Origin: Candidatus Stammera capleta
GTDB taxonomy: Bacteria; Pseudomonadota; Gammaproteobacteria; Enterobacterales; Enterobacteriaceae
Assembly: GCA_036884335.1 (NCBI GenBank)
Contig: CP145599.1
Coordinates: 40,900 to 104,899, forward strand
DNA: 64,000 bases
Reading direction: 5' to 3'
Notes under the pieces: model-generated
Told to the model about the DNA's origin: nothing
Databases searched by the model: none
Seen by the model: the letters and a program-made list of their open reading frames with translations, nothing else
Part shown: positions 40,921 through 53,963 of the stretch, one piece after another
Layout: each line of letters opens with the position of its first letter
Position numbering within the stretch: position 1 is the stretch's first letter
Translations under genes and position numbers: made by a program

Positions 40921-41509
40921 TTTTATGTTTTTTTTTTTTTTTTAATATTTTATCAATTATTCTATATTTTAATGCTTCTTTAGAATTAAAATATTTATCT
41001 TTTTCTATATCTTTTTTTATTATTTCTATAGGTTGTTTAGTTCTTTTATGAATTATATTTATTAATTTATTTTTTATTTTAATTATTTCATCAGTTTGTA
41101 TTTTTATATCTGTTGCTTTACCTTCTATTTTTCCTAGTGGTTGATGTATCATAATATTAGAATTAGATAAGCAAAATCTTTTTTTATTTTTTCCTGAAAT
41201 TAAAAGTATTGATGCCATAGAATATGCTTTTCCTATACATATTGTATTAATATCAGGTTTAATATAATTCATTGTGTCATATATAGACATACCTGAACTA
41301 ATTATTCCTCCTGGTGAATTTATATATATAAATATATCTTTTTTATTATTTAAATATTCTAAATATAATAATTGTGAAATTATATTATCAGACATATAAT
41401 CATCTATATATCCAGTTAAGAAAATTATTCTGTTTTTTAATAGTTTATTTAATATAATATTATTATTTTTATAATATTGGTTATAATAGCTATTTTTATT
41501 TAGTTTCAT
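40910..41509 (-). CDS. clpP: ATP-dependent Clp protease proteolytic subunit
   Basis: Intact 199-aa ORF containing ..[32 protein letters not shown] (Ser-His catalytic context). Confidence 0.95.
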   Translation of the reverse strand: MKLNKNSYYNQYYKNNNIILNKLLKNRIIFLTGYIDDYMSDNIISQLLYLEYLNNKKDIFIYINSPGGIISSGMSIYDTMNYIKPDINTICIGKAYSMASILLISGKNKKRFCLSNSNIMIHQPLGKIEGKATDIKIQTDEIIKIKNKLINIIHKRTKQPIEIIKKDIEKDKYFNSKEALKYRIIDKILKKKKKHKNEK

Positions 41510-41955
41510 TTTTTTTTTTTTTTATTTAAAAAATTATATTTATAGTTTTTGAAACAAATTTTGTGTAAAATTTTATTTATTAATTTATAATCATTTTGTG
41601 ATCCAAATTTTTTTATTAGTTTAATACTTTCATTAATTATTATTTTTTTGTCTAATTTTTTATTTTTTTTAAGTTCATATATAGCTATATTTAAAACAGA
41701 TATTTTAATTAATCCTATATATCTTTTTTTTTTTTTTAAATTTTTATTTATAATTTTATTTATATATTTTTTTTTTTTTTTAATTCAAGATAATATATTT
41801 TTTAAATATTTTTTATCTATTTTTTTAAATATTTTTTTGTTTATTAATTTGAATTCTTTTATTTTAGATTTAATATTATTACATTTTGATATTATAAAAG
41901 AATATATTATTTGTAGAGCTATTTCTCTAGTTTTTATATTTTTTTTGAAGTGCAA
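41500..41955 (-). CDS. nusB: transcription antitermination factor NusB
   Basis: My coordinate-by-coordinate minus-strand translation gives ..TREIALQIIYSF.. and ISVLNIAIYELKKNKKLDKKIIINESIKLIKKFGSQNDYKLINKILHKI, matching E. coli RECAVQALYSW and LAVLRIALYEL..VAINEAIELAKSFG..FVNGVLDK. There is no ATG; the likely start is TTG 41953..41955. It reads through TGA 41506..41508 to TAA 41500..41502. Confidence 0.8.
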
Positions 41956-41987
41956 AATTTAATCCTATATAATTTATTTAAATTATT

Positions 41988-42209
41988 TTATTTTTTATTT
42001 CTAAAAATTATTCTTCCTTTATTTAAATCATATGGTGTAATTTCAACTATTACTTTATCTCCTGTTAGTATTCTTATATAATTTTTTCTCATTCTACCTG
42101 ATATATGAGCTATTATTATATTTCCATTTTCTAATTTTACTTTAAACATAGTATTTGGTAATGTTTCTATAATTATACCTTTTAGTTCAAAATTATTTTT
42201 TTTAATCAT
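41988..42209 (-). CDS. infA: translation initiation factor IF-1
   Basis: Intact 73-aa ORF containing ..[46 protein letters not shown]. Confidence 0.95.
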   Translation of the reverse strand: MIKKNNFELKGIIIETLPNTMFKVKLENGNIIIAHISGRMRKNYIRILTGDKVIVEITPYDLNKGRIIFRNKK

Positions 42210-42276
42210 ATAGTAAATTTATATATTTTAATGTTATTTTTTATTTTAATTTATTTTTTATCTTTATTAAAGATAT

Positions 42277-43218
<942 letters not shown>

Positions 43219-43300
43219 TTATAATTATTTTTTTTTTTATTTTTAATATGATATAATTTATTTTGAATATTTTTAATTTATTAAATATTATATAATTTTA

Positions 43301-44596
43301 ATGTTAAATATAAAATTTTTATTAAAAGATATAGATAATTTTGTAAATATTATTAAAAATCGTATATCTAAATTAGAAATAAAATTATTATTGGATGTTT
43401 ATAATGATTTTAAAAAAATTAAATTTGATATAGAATTTTTACAATTTAAAAAAAAAATACTATCTAAAAAATTTTTTATATTAAAAAAAAAAAAAATTAA
43501 TGTTATTTATTTAAAAAATTTTATTATAATGTTTAAAGAAAATATTAATTTTAAAAATAAAAAAAAGGATGAAATTTATTTTAAATTTAAAAATATTATA
43601 TTAAATATTCCTAATATACCATATAAAGATGTTCCTAAAGGTAATAGTGATAAAGATAATAAAATAATTAGTTTTTGAGGAGTAATTAAGAGAAATAAAA
43701 ATATATTAGATCATATTGAATTTTGTAAAAATAGTGATAGTTTAAATTTTAAAGAATCAACATTATTAAGTGGTTCTTCTTTTGTTGTTATGAAAGATAT
43801 AATTGCAATTCTATATAGAGCTATATCTCAATTTATGATTAATTATCATATTTTAAATAATAATTATAAGGAGATTTATGTACCATATATAGTTAAAGTA
43901 GATTCATTATATAATTCAGGTCAATTACCTAAGTTTGAAAATAATATTTTTTATGTTTATAAAAAATGTGATTTAATAAAAGATAAATTTGCTTTAATAC
44001 CTACTTCTGAAGTTTGTTTGATAAATTTATTTAGAAATAAAGTTTTTAAAGAAAGTGATTTACCAATAAAATTAGTATCTAATACTCCTTGTTTTAGAGC
44101 TGAATCTATTTCTTATGGTAAAAAAAGTAAAGGAATTTTTAGATTAAATCAATTTGATAAAGTTGAATTAGTTCAAATTGTTAATCCTAATAATTCTATG
44201 AAATCATTAAATGAATTAACTTTTGATGCTGAAAATATTTTAATTAAATTAAATATTCCTTATAGAAAAGTTTTATTATGTACTAATTCAATGAATTTTA
44301 GTTCTTGTAAAACATATGATATAGAATATTGGTCTCCTATTAATAATAAGTTTTTAGAGATATCTTCTTGTTCAAACACTTCTGATTTTCAGTCTAGGAG
44401 AATAAATATTAAATATTATGATAAATTGTTTAATATAAAAAGATTAGTACATATTATTAATGGTTCTGGTTTAGCAGTTGGTAGAACTTTAATAGCTATA
44501 TTAGAGAATCATCAAATTGATAAAGGTATTTTAAAAATACCTAAAGTTTTAATTAAATATATGAATGGAATAAAATACATAAATTTTAATAAATAA
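43301..44596 (+). CDS. serS: serine--tRNA ligase
   Basis: Pieces 43301.. and 43790.. share a frame across TGA 43676..43678. The N-terminal coiled-coil arm and class II motifs (FRAES.., INGSGLAVGRTLIAILEN) are present. 431 codons. Confidence 0.92.
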
Positions 44597-44600
44597 ATAT

Positions 44601-45644
44601 ATGTTAAACATTAATAAAAAAAATATATGTATTGCTCCTTTATTAAATCGTATAAATATTTATAATATTTTTTTATATAACTTATTAATGAGTAATGTAA
44701 AAATATATATAGGTATGATACATATTTCTTCTTTTTTGAAAAGATATAAATTTTATTGTAATTTTTTTGAAAAAATTATTTGTAATAATATTGCAATACA
44801 ATTTGTAGGAAATAATTATAAAGATTTATATAAATGTATTAGATTAATTAATATTTTTAAATTTTCTGAAATAAATTTTAATTTAGGATGTCCATCTTTA
44901 TGTGCTAAAAAATGTAATTTTGGTTTTTATTTAATGAAAGATTTAAAGTTAATTATTAAATGTTTAAATTCAATATATGATGCTAATACTTGTAATAGTT
45001 TAGTATCTATTAAACATAGATTATTTTTATTTAATAGAAATTATAATGATATTTATAATTATATGTTAGATTTTTTAGGAAATATATTTTTATATACTAA
45101 ATGTAAAAAATTTATAATTCATGCAAGAGGTGTTTTGAAAAATAATTATTCTACAAATTTAAATTTAAAATTATCTTGTAATTATGATATTGTATATAAT
45201 TTAAAAAATAATTTACCGTTTTTAAATATTATATTAAATGGTGATATTAAAAATATATTAGATATTGAAAGTCATTTATCTAATAATATAGATGGTGTAA
45301 TGATAGGTAGAGGAGTATATTATAATCCTTTATTTTTAGTTCATATTAATGAATATATTAAATATAAAATAATATATAAAAATAATAATGATTTATTTTT
45401 TAAAAGAAATAGAATTTCTAAATATATGCTTTTAATTTTTTATAAATTATATAATTTTATATATAATGAATATTATATTAATAAAACTAATCCTATAGTA
45501 ATTATTAAAAATATATATTATATATTTAATAATATAAATAATGGATCAATTTTTAAAAAAAGAATTATATCATCTTGTTATATTTTTAAATATTTTAATA
45601 ATTACTTAGATTTTATTAATTTTATATTTAAAGATTTTATTTAG
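44601..45644 (+). CDS. tRNA-dihydrouridine synthase (DusA-like)
   Basis: Intact 347-aa ORF containing IAPLLN, INFNLGCPS (catalytic Cys context), FIIHARG and NGDIKN..IDGVMIGRGVYYNP. Confidence 0.8.
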   Translation: MLNINKKNICIAPLLNRINIYNIFLYNLLMSNVKIYIGMIHISSFLKRYKFYCNFFEKIICNNIAIQFVGNNYKDLYKCIRLINIFKFSEINFNLGCPSLCAKKCNFGFYLMKDLKLIIKCLNSIYDANTCNSLVSIKHRLFLFNRNYNDIYNYMLDFLGNIFLYTKCKKFIIHARGVLKNNYSTNLNLKLSCNYDIVYNLKNNLPFLNIILNGDIKNILDIESHLSNNIDGVMIGRGVYYNPLFLVHINEYIKYKIIYKNNNDLFFKRNRISKYMLLIFYKLYNFIYNEYYINKTNPIVIIKNIYYIFNNINNGSIFKKRIISSCYIFKYFNNYLDFINFIFKDFI

Positions 45645-47259
45645 ATTTTGCTTTTTTAAATGCTTCAACCATTGTATTAAAACAATTTTTATTTTTAAAT
45701 TTTTTTCTTATATTATTTTTATTTTTAATTATTTTTAAATTTATTATTCTATTATTTTTATCTATTGATATTATTTTTGTTTTTAGTATATTATTTATAT
45801 TATATTTTTTTATATTTTTTTTATTTTTAATATTTATTAAACCTTCTATTTTATTATCTATTATTACTTTTATTATATTTTTTTCTATTTTTATTATTTT
45901 ACAATTTATAATTTTATTTTTATATTTTTCATATTTATTAATTGGATCTTCTTTTAATTGTTTTATTCCTAATGATATTCTTTCTTTTTCAGTATTTATT
46001 TGTAGTATAATAGTTTTTATTAATTCTCCTTTTTTATATTTGTTTTTTATATTTTCATTATTTAAATTTCAAGATATATCAGAACTATGTATTAAACCAT
46101 CAATACCACCTTCTAATTCTATAAATATACCAAAATCTGTTATAGATTTTATTTTTCCTTTTATTATATCTTTAATTTTATGTTTTTTAGAAAATATTAT
46201 TCAAGGATTTGGTTTACATTGTTTTATTCCTAATGATATTCTTCTTTTTATTATATCAATATTTAAAATTACAGATTTTATTTTATCTCCTATATTAAAT
46301 ATTTTAAAAGGATTTATATTTTTATTTATTCAATCTATTTCTGATATATGAGCTAATCCTTCTATACCTTCTTCAATTTCTATAAAACATCCATAATCTG
46401 TTAAATTAGTTATTTTTCCTTTTATTTTTTTATTTTTAGGATATTTTTTTTCTATATTTTTTCAAGGATCTTTTGTAAGTTGTTTTAATCCTAAAGATAC
46501 TCTAATTTTTTCTTTATCAAATTTAATTATTTTTGTTTTTATTTTTTGTCCTATTTTTAGTATTTCTTTAGGGTGTCTTATTCTTTTTCATGATATATCA
46601 GTTATATGTAATAATCCATCTAATCCTCCTAAATCTATAAAAGCTCCATAATCAGTTAAATTTTTTACTATACCTTTTATTTTTGAACCTTCATATATTT
46701 TTTTTAATAATTTTTTTTTTTCTAAGTTATTATCATTTATTATTGCAGCTTTTCTAGATAATACTATATTGTTATTTTTTTTATCTAATTTAATTACTTT
46801 AAAATCTAATAATTTTCCTTCTAATATAGAACTATCTTTTATAGGTTTAATATCTATTAAAGATCCTGGTAAAAATGATTTTATACCATTAATATCTACT
46901 GTAAATCCTCCTTTTACTCTACCTGTTATTATACCTTTTATTTTATTTGATTGTGTATATGATATTTCTAAATTATTTCATGTTTCTAATTTTTTAGCTT
47001 TTTCTCTAGATAATATTGTTTCTCCATATAATTCAAAATTATCTATATATAATTTTACTTTATCATTTATTTTTATTTTTATTTTACCTTTATTATTTTT
47101 AAATTCTTCAATTGGTATATATGATTCAGATTTTAATCCTGAATCTACTATTACATTATTATTTTTAATATTTATTATTTTTGCTTTTATTATTGAACCA
47201 GTTTTTATATTTATTTTTTTTATTGATTTTTTAAATAAATATTTAAATATATGTTTCAT
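45637..47259 (-). CDS. rpsA: 30S ribosomal protein S1
   Basis: N-terminal piece 46978..47259 contains ..[48 protein letters not shown], matching E. coli S1. It continues through several TGA. The C-terminus ..[11 protein letters not shown] ends at TAA 45637..45639. Length is 1623 nt, divisible by 3. Confidence 0.92.
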
Positions 47260-47302
47260 ATTTTTTTTTATTTTATTTTAAATGTTTTTTTATTTTTTTT
47301 TA

Positions 47303-47779
47303 TTAAAATGGTATATCATCAAAATCTATAGATATATCTTCTGATTTATTTTTTATTTTATTTTTATTTTTTTTTTGTTTTTTATTTTTATTTTTTTTAT
47401 TTAATATTTTTTTTTCTATTTTTTTTTTATTTTTGTATCCTAACATTTGCATTGTTCCGTTCATATTTACTATTATTTCTGTTATATATCTATCATTTCC
47501 TTTTTGATCTTGTCATTTTCTAGTTTGTAATGATCCTTCAATATATACTTGTGATCCTTTTTTAAGATATTCTGCTGCTATTTCTGCTAATTTTCCAAAT
47601 AGAATTACTCTATGTCATTCAGTTTTTTCTCTATTTTCTCCAGTGTTTTTATCTTTTCATATTTCTGAAGTAGCTATATTTAGATTTGTTATTGTATTTC
47701 CATTTGACATATATCTTATTTCAGGATTTTGTCCTAAATTTCCTATTAATATTACTTTATTTATACCTTTACTTGACAT
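47303..47779 (-). CDS. ssb: single-stranded DNA-binding protein
   Basis: Begins [65 protein letters not shown]. The acidic tail is ..DFDDIPF. The linker is Lys/Asn-rich. Confidence 0.92.
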
Positions 47780-47863
47780 ATTTTTTTTAATTTTTATTAT
47801 TTTATTTATTTTTTAATAAATTTTATTTTATCATATAAATATTAAATATATTTTCTTTTTTTT

Positions 47864-49249
47864 TTAATAATCATATTTTTTGTTTGCATAATTATCAAAT
47901 CTTGATATTTTACCATTAAAAATTAAATGTATTGTTCCAGTAGGCCCATTTCTTTGTTTTCCTATTATTATTTCAGCTATACCTTTCATATCTGAATTTT
48001 CATTATATACTTCATCTCTATATATAAATATTATTAGATCTGCGTCTTGTTCTATAGAACCTGATTCTCTTAAATCAGAATTTACAGGTCTTTTATCTGA
48101 TCTTTGTTCTGATGATCTATTTAATTGTGATAATGCTATTATTGGTATTTTTAATTCTTTTGCTAATAATTTTAATGATCTGGAAATATCTGCTATTTCT
48201 AATGTTCTATTATCTAAATATGTAGATGATTTCATTAATTGTAAATAGTCTATCATTACTATACTTAATCCTTTATTTTCTCTATATATTTTTCTTGTTC
48301 TTGATCTTATATCTGTAGGTGTTAAATTACATGAATCATCTATAAAAATATTTTTTTTTTTTTCTAATATTTTTATTGTATTTATTATTTTAATTCAATC
48401 TTCATTATTTAATTTACCTGTTTTTATTTTATTTTGATCTACTCTAGATAAAGATGAAATTATTCTAATTATAATTTGTTCTGATGGCATTTCTAAACTA
48501 AAAATTAATATTGGTTTTTTATAAGACATAGATATATTTTCACAAATATTCATTGCAAATGTAGTTTTTCCCATAGATGGTCTTGCAGCTATTATTATTA
48601 AATCTGATTTTTGAAATCCAAATGTTTTTTTATTTAAATCTATATATCCAGTATTTATACCAGTAATATTTTTTTTAGGATTTTTATATAATTTTTTTAT
48701 TTTTTTTTTAGTTTTTTTAATTATGTTTTTTATATTTTGTGGTTTATTTTCATTATTTAGTTTTTCTTCTGATATTTTAAATATTTTTGATTCTGCTAAA
48801 TCTATTATTTCTTTACTATTTCTTCCTTGTGGATTAAAACTATGTATTATTATTTCATTAGATATATTTATAATTTTTCTTAATATTGATTTTTCTTTTA
48901 TTATTTCTGCATAATAATTTATATTAGATACACTTGGTATATTTTGAGATAATTCAGCTAAATATTCAAATCCACCTATTATTTCTAATTTTTTATTTTT
49001 TTTTAATGATTCTGATAGTGTTATTAAATCTATAGGTTTATATGATTCTAATAATTTTTTCATTTCATTAAATATTATTTGATGAGATTTATTAAAAAAA
49101 TCGTTAAAGTTTATTATTTCATATATATTTTCTCATTTATCGTTATCTAACATTAATCCTCCTAATACTGATTGTTCTGATTCTATAGAATATGGAGGTG
49201 TATTAATTTTTTTATTTTTTATTTTATTATTTTTAAAAAAATTTTTCAT
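47864..49249 (-). CDS. dnaB: replicative DNA helicase DnaB
   Basis: ATG is the complement of 49247..49249. Contains TPPYSIESEQSVLGGLMLDNDK-W. The Walker A region is ARPSMGKTTFAMN. The C-terminal piece has ..IIALSQLNRSSEQR..IIGKQRNGPTG. All pieces are in one frame. 461 codons. Confidence 0.95.
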
Positions 49250-49310
49250 TTTAATATAAAATATTTTATGTTATTTTTTTAAATATTATTATAATTTATT
49301 TTTATTTAAT

Positions 49311-50441
49311 ATGTTACCTATAGCTTTATATATACATATTCCTTTTTGTTTAAGTAAATGTTTTTATTGTTCTTTTTTTAGTTTAAATTATTTTAAATAT
49401 GATTATTTTTTTTATAAAAAATATATTATTAGTTTAATTAGTGATTTAAAAAATGATTTTTTTTTATTTAATTTATACGATAGATTAATATATAGTATAT
49501 ATATTGGTGGAGGTACACCAACTTTATTAGATATAAGTTTATTTGATTTATTATTTGAAAATTTATTTTTAAATTTTAAATTTGTAGATAATTTAGAAAT
49601 TACTTTAGAAACTAATATATTAAAGTTAGATAAAAGTTATTTTTTTAGATTAAAAAATATAGGTATTAATAGAATATCAATAGGTGTTCAAAGTTTTAAT
49701 AATTATATTTTAAAATTTATAAATAGAAATTATTTTGTAAAGGATATTATTAATTTTATTAAATTTGTTAGTAGTATATTTGATAATTATAATATTGATT
49801 TAATATATGGTTTACCTAATCAAAATATTAATCATATTATTGATGATTTAAATTATATAAAAGATTTATGTATTCCTCATATATCTTGATATGAATTATA
49901 TATTGATAAAAATATTATATTAAAAAATTTAAATTTACCTAATTTTGAAATATTAGATGATATGTTTTTTTTAATTAAAGATAGTTTATTATATAATGGT
50001 TATATAAATTATTCTATATCTTGTTTTTCTTTAAGTAAAAGTTATTTTTGTAAACATAATATTAATTATTGAAAATTTGGTGATTATATTGGAATAGGTT
50101 GTTCTTCTCATGGTAAAATTACTGTTTTAAATAAATTTTTAATTTATCGTTTAATTAAAAATTATAATATATCTGAATATTTATTGAATAAATTTATTAT
50201 TAGTAAAAATATTTTAAATAAAAAAGATATTATTAAGGAATATTTTATTAATAGATTTAGATTAAATATTCCTTTTAAAATTTATCATTTTAGTTTATTT
50301 ACTGGTTTATCTATTAGTTTAATTTTTAAAAAAATTAAAATTTTAGTTAAAAAAGGTTTTTTATATAATAGAAAAAATTATTATTATATTACTAAAAAAG
50401 GTTTTATTTTTAATAATAATTTAATAGAATTTTTTTTTTAG
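49311..50441 (+). CDS. hemW: radical SAM family heme chaperone HemW (HemN-like, YggW)
   Basis: Begins LYIHIPFCLSKCFYCSF (CxxxCxxC). Also has IYIGGGTPT and SIGVQSF. Pieces 49311.. and 50184.. share a frame through TGA 49887..49889 and one more. 376 codons. Confidence 0.85.
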
Positions 50442-50986
50442 TTTATTTTTTTATATAACATCATTATAGTTGAGTGAATTATTTTTTTTTTATATAAAAT
50501 TCAATTTGATGGTATATTATATATATTATTTTGTTTTTGAGTTTCTATATATATTAGTGATTTTTTTTTTATTATATTATTTTTTTCTATTATATTAATA
50601 ATTTTGTTTATATATTTTTTTTTTTTATAAGGAGGATCTATAAATATTATATTATATTTTATGTTTTTAATTTTTTTTAATCATTTAATTGAATTTTTTA
50701 TTTTAATTTTAAATTTTTTTTTATTTATATCTTTAAAATTTTTTTTTATTATATTAGCTATTTTATAATTTTTTTCTATTATTAAAGTATATTTTGCTTT
50801 TCTTGATATTGCTTCTAAACTTAATGATCCTGTTCCAGCAAAACAATCTATACATTTTTTATTTATTATATATTTATTTATTCATTCAAATAGTATTTTT
50901 TTATTTATTGATGATGTAGGTTTTAATTTTTTATTATTTAATGTATATATTTTTTTATTTTTATATTTACCTGATATTATTTTCAT
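50438..50986 (-). CDS. rsmD: 16S rRNA (guanine966-N2)-methyltransferase RsmD-like
   Basis: On the minus strand: MKIISGKYKNKKI..LKPTSSINKKILFE-W-I..CIDCFAGTGSLSLEAISR..IIFIDPPY (DPPY motif). Length is 549 nt, divisible by 3. Absent from the track because three TGA split it. Confidence 0.8.
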
Positions 50987-51123
50987 TTTTTATTATTTTT
51001 TTTTTTATTTTAAAATTATATATTTATAATGTATTTTTTTTTTTTTTATATTATATAATATAAATATTATATATTTTATATAATTAAAGTTAATTTAAAT
51101 ATTTATTTATAAAGAGAATTAAT

Positions 51124-51990
51124 ATGTCATTTATTAATAATATTAAAACATTTAATTTAAATAGTTTAAATTCATATATATATGTAGTTAATTCTTTACC
51201 TATTTTATCTTTTAAAGAAGAATATAAGTTAATAAATAAATTTTATTCTTTTAAAAATATTAAATATGCTAAAAAATTAATTATTTTAAATTTACGTTTT
51301 GTAGTTAATATTGCTAAAACTTATTCTAATTATGGTATTTGTATATCTGATTTAATACAAGAAGGTAATATAGGTTTAATTAAGGCAGTTAAAAAATTTA
51401 ATCCTTTATTTAAGGTAAGATTAATATCTTTTGCTGTATATTGAATAAAATCAGAAATTAATGAATTTATTTTAAAAAATTGACGTATAGTGAGATTAGC
51501 TACTACTAAGTCTCATCGTAAATTATTTTTTAATTTAAGAAAGATAAAAAAAAAAATTAAATGATTAAATAATAAAGAGTTAAATAATATTTCTAAAAAA
51601 TTATCTGTATCTAAAAAAGATATAATTGAAATGGAATATAGGATGTTTTCAAAAGATATTAATATAAATATTTATAATTCTAAAAATAAATTATATAATA
51701 ATAATAATTTTTTTTTAAATGATAATTTATTAGATAAGGATTCTGATTTTACAAGTAAATTAGAATATTCTAATTGAGAAAATTTTATTTTAAAAAAATT
51801 TAAATTAGTTTTTTTAAATTTAGATAGTAGGAGTAAACATATTATTAAATCAAGATGATTAAATAGAAAGAAGATAACTTTAAAAAAATTAGCTAGTTAT
51901 TATAATATTTCAGCTGAAAGAATAAGACAATTAGAAAAAAATGCTATGAAGAAAATAAGATATTTATTAGAATCTAAAGTTATTAGTTAA
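51124..51990 (+). CDS. rpoH: RNA polymerase sigma-32 factor (heat shock)
   Basis: Contains [17 protein letters not shown] (region 2). [22 protein letters not shown] is the RpoH box. Region 4 is ..[18 protein letters not shown]. It reads through five TGA. 288 codons. Confidence 0.9.
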
Positions 51991-52044
51991 TTAGATTTTA
52001 GTATTTTATAATTTTAATTTTATTTTTATTATTAAGGATATTTT

Positions 52045-52575
52045 GTGACTACAATATTAAGTGTTAGAAGAAAAAATTATGTTGTTATGGGTGGAGATGG
52101 TCAAGCTACTTTTGGTAATACTATAATTAAAGGTAATGTTAAAAAAGTAAGAAAATTATACAATGGTAAAGTTATTTCTGGTTTTGCAGGTAGTACTGCT
52201 GATGCTTTTACATTATTTGATTATTTTGAAAAAAAATTAGAAATGTATCAAGGTCATATTATTAAATCTGCAGTAGAGTTAGCAAAAGATTGAAGAACTG
52301 ATAAAATATTAAGGAGGTTAGAAGCTTTATTAGCAATTGCTGATATTAATCATTCTTTAATAATTACTGGAAATGGTGATGTTATTCAACCTGAAAATGA
52401 TTTAATATCTATAGGTAGTGGTGGTTCATATGCTTTTTCATCAGCTAAAGTTTTAATTGAAAATACTAATTTAAGTGCTTTTGATATAGTTAAAAAATCT
52501 TTATGTATGGCAGCAGATATATGTATTTATACAAATCATATATTTACTATAGAAAAATTATGTTGTAAAAAATAA
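52045..52575 (+). CDS. hslV: ATP-dependent protease subunit HslV
   Basis: GTG start. [38 protein letters not shown] is near-identical to E. coli HslV. It continues through TGA 52291..52293. 176 codons. AAGGA SD at 52034..52038. Confidence 0.95.
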
Positions 52576-52598
52576 TATTTTATTATTAAGGTTAATTT

Positions 52599-53948
52599 AT
52601 GTATAATCAGATGACTCCTAGAGAAATTGTTAATGAATTAGATAAATTTATTATTAGTCAAAATGATGCAAAAAAGGCTGTTTCTATTGCTTTAAGAAAT
52701 AGATGAAGAAGAATGCAATTAAATGATTATTTAAAAAATGAAATTACTCCTAAGAATATTTTAATGATAGGTTCTACAGGAGTTGGTAAAACTGAAATAG
52801 CACGTCGTTTAGCTAAATTAAGTGATTCCCCTTTTATAAAAGTAGAGGCAACAAAATTTACTGAAGTAGGTTATGTAGGTAAAGAAGTTGATTCTATAAT
52901 TAGAGATTTAACAGATTATGCTGTTAAAATGATTAAAACAAAAGTTGTTAAAAGTAATGTTAAAAAAGCTAAAATTTTAGCAGAAAAAAGAATATTAGAT
53001 ATATTAATTAGTGATAATAATTTTGTTAAAAAATTTTTATCTAATTTAAATTTAAGTAATATTGATTCTGAAAAAGTTATAAAAAAATATTTATTAAGAA
53101 ATTTAAGAAATGGTAATTTAGATAATAAAGAAATAGAGGTAAATATTTCTATTCCTACTTTAGGTATTGAAATAATGTCTCCTCCAGGAATGGAAGAAAT
53201 GACTAGTCAGTTACAGTCTATTTTTCAAAATTTAAGTGGTCAAAAAAAAAAAGTTCGTAAAGTTAAAATTAAAAATGCAATTAGTTTATTAATTGAAGAA
53301 GAGTCAGCTAAATTAATAAATTTTGATAATATAAAAAAAAAAGCTATAGATCTTGTAGAACAACAAGGAATAGTTTTTATAGATGAAATTGATAAAATTT
53401 GTAAAAGAGGTCAAGTAGTTGATTCAGGTGTTTCTAGAGAAGGTGTTCAAAGAGATTTATTACCTTTAGTTGAAGGTTGTACAGTTTCTACTAAATATGG
53501 TGTAGTTAAAACTGATTATATTTTATTTATAGCCTCAGGGTCTTTTCAATTATGTAGTCCTTCTGATTTAATACCTGAATTACAAGGAAGATTTCCTATT
53601 AGAGTTAAATTAAGTTCTTTAAGTTCTAATGATTTTGAAAAGATATTAGTAGAACCTAATGTGTCTCTTACAGTTCAATATAAATATTTATTAAGTGTTG
53701 AAGGTATAAATATTAAATTTACCAAAGATGGTATAAAATGTATTGCTGATATTGCTTGAAATATAAATGAAAATACAGAAAATATAGGTGCTAGAAGATT
53801 ACATACTGTTTTAGAAAAATTAATGGAGGATATATCTTTTAATGCACCAGATTATAGAAATAAAGATATTGTTATTGATAAAAAATATGTTAAATCTAAA
53901 TTAAATGATTTAGTAATTAATGAAGATTTAAGTAAATTTATTTTATAA
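52599..53948 (+). CDS. hslU: ATP-dependent protease ATPase subunit HslU
   Basis: Begins [60 protein letters not shown]. It continues through TGA 53757..53759 to TAA 53946..53948. Confidence 0.95.
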
Positions 53949-53963
53949 TTGATTTTAATTATT

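Noticed and set aside
41510-41987. Expectation that the gene upstream of clpP-clpX-lon would be trigger factor (tig)
   Set aside because: The space is only about 450 nt, and its minus-strand translation matches NusB blocks (REIALQIIYSF, LNIAIYEL, INESIKLIKKFG). An apparent frameshift at the T15 run (41767..41781) disappeared once the codons were counted by coordinate.
49199-49249. Apparent frameshift between the dnaB ATG and the conserved PPYSIESEQ block
   Set aside because: It was caused by my misreading of one base at the line break. Re-indexing shows ATG (complement of 49247..49249) is in frame with the rest of dnaB.
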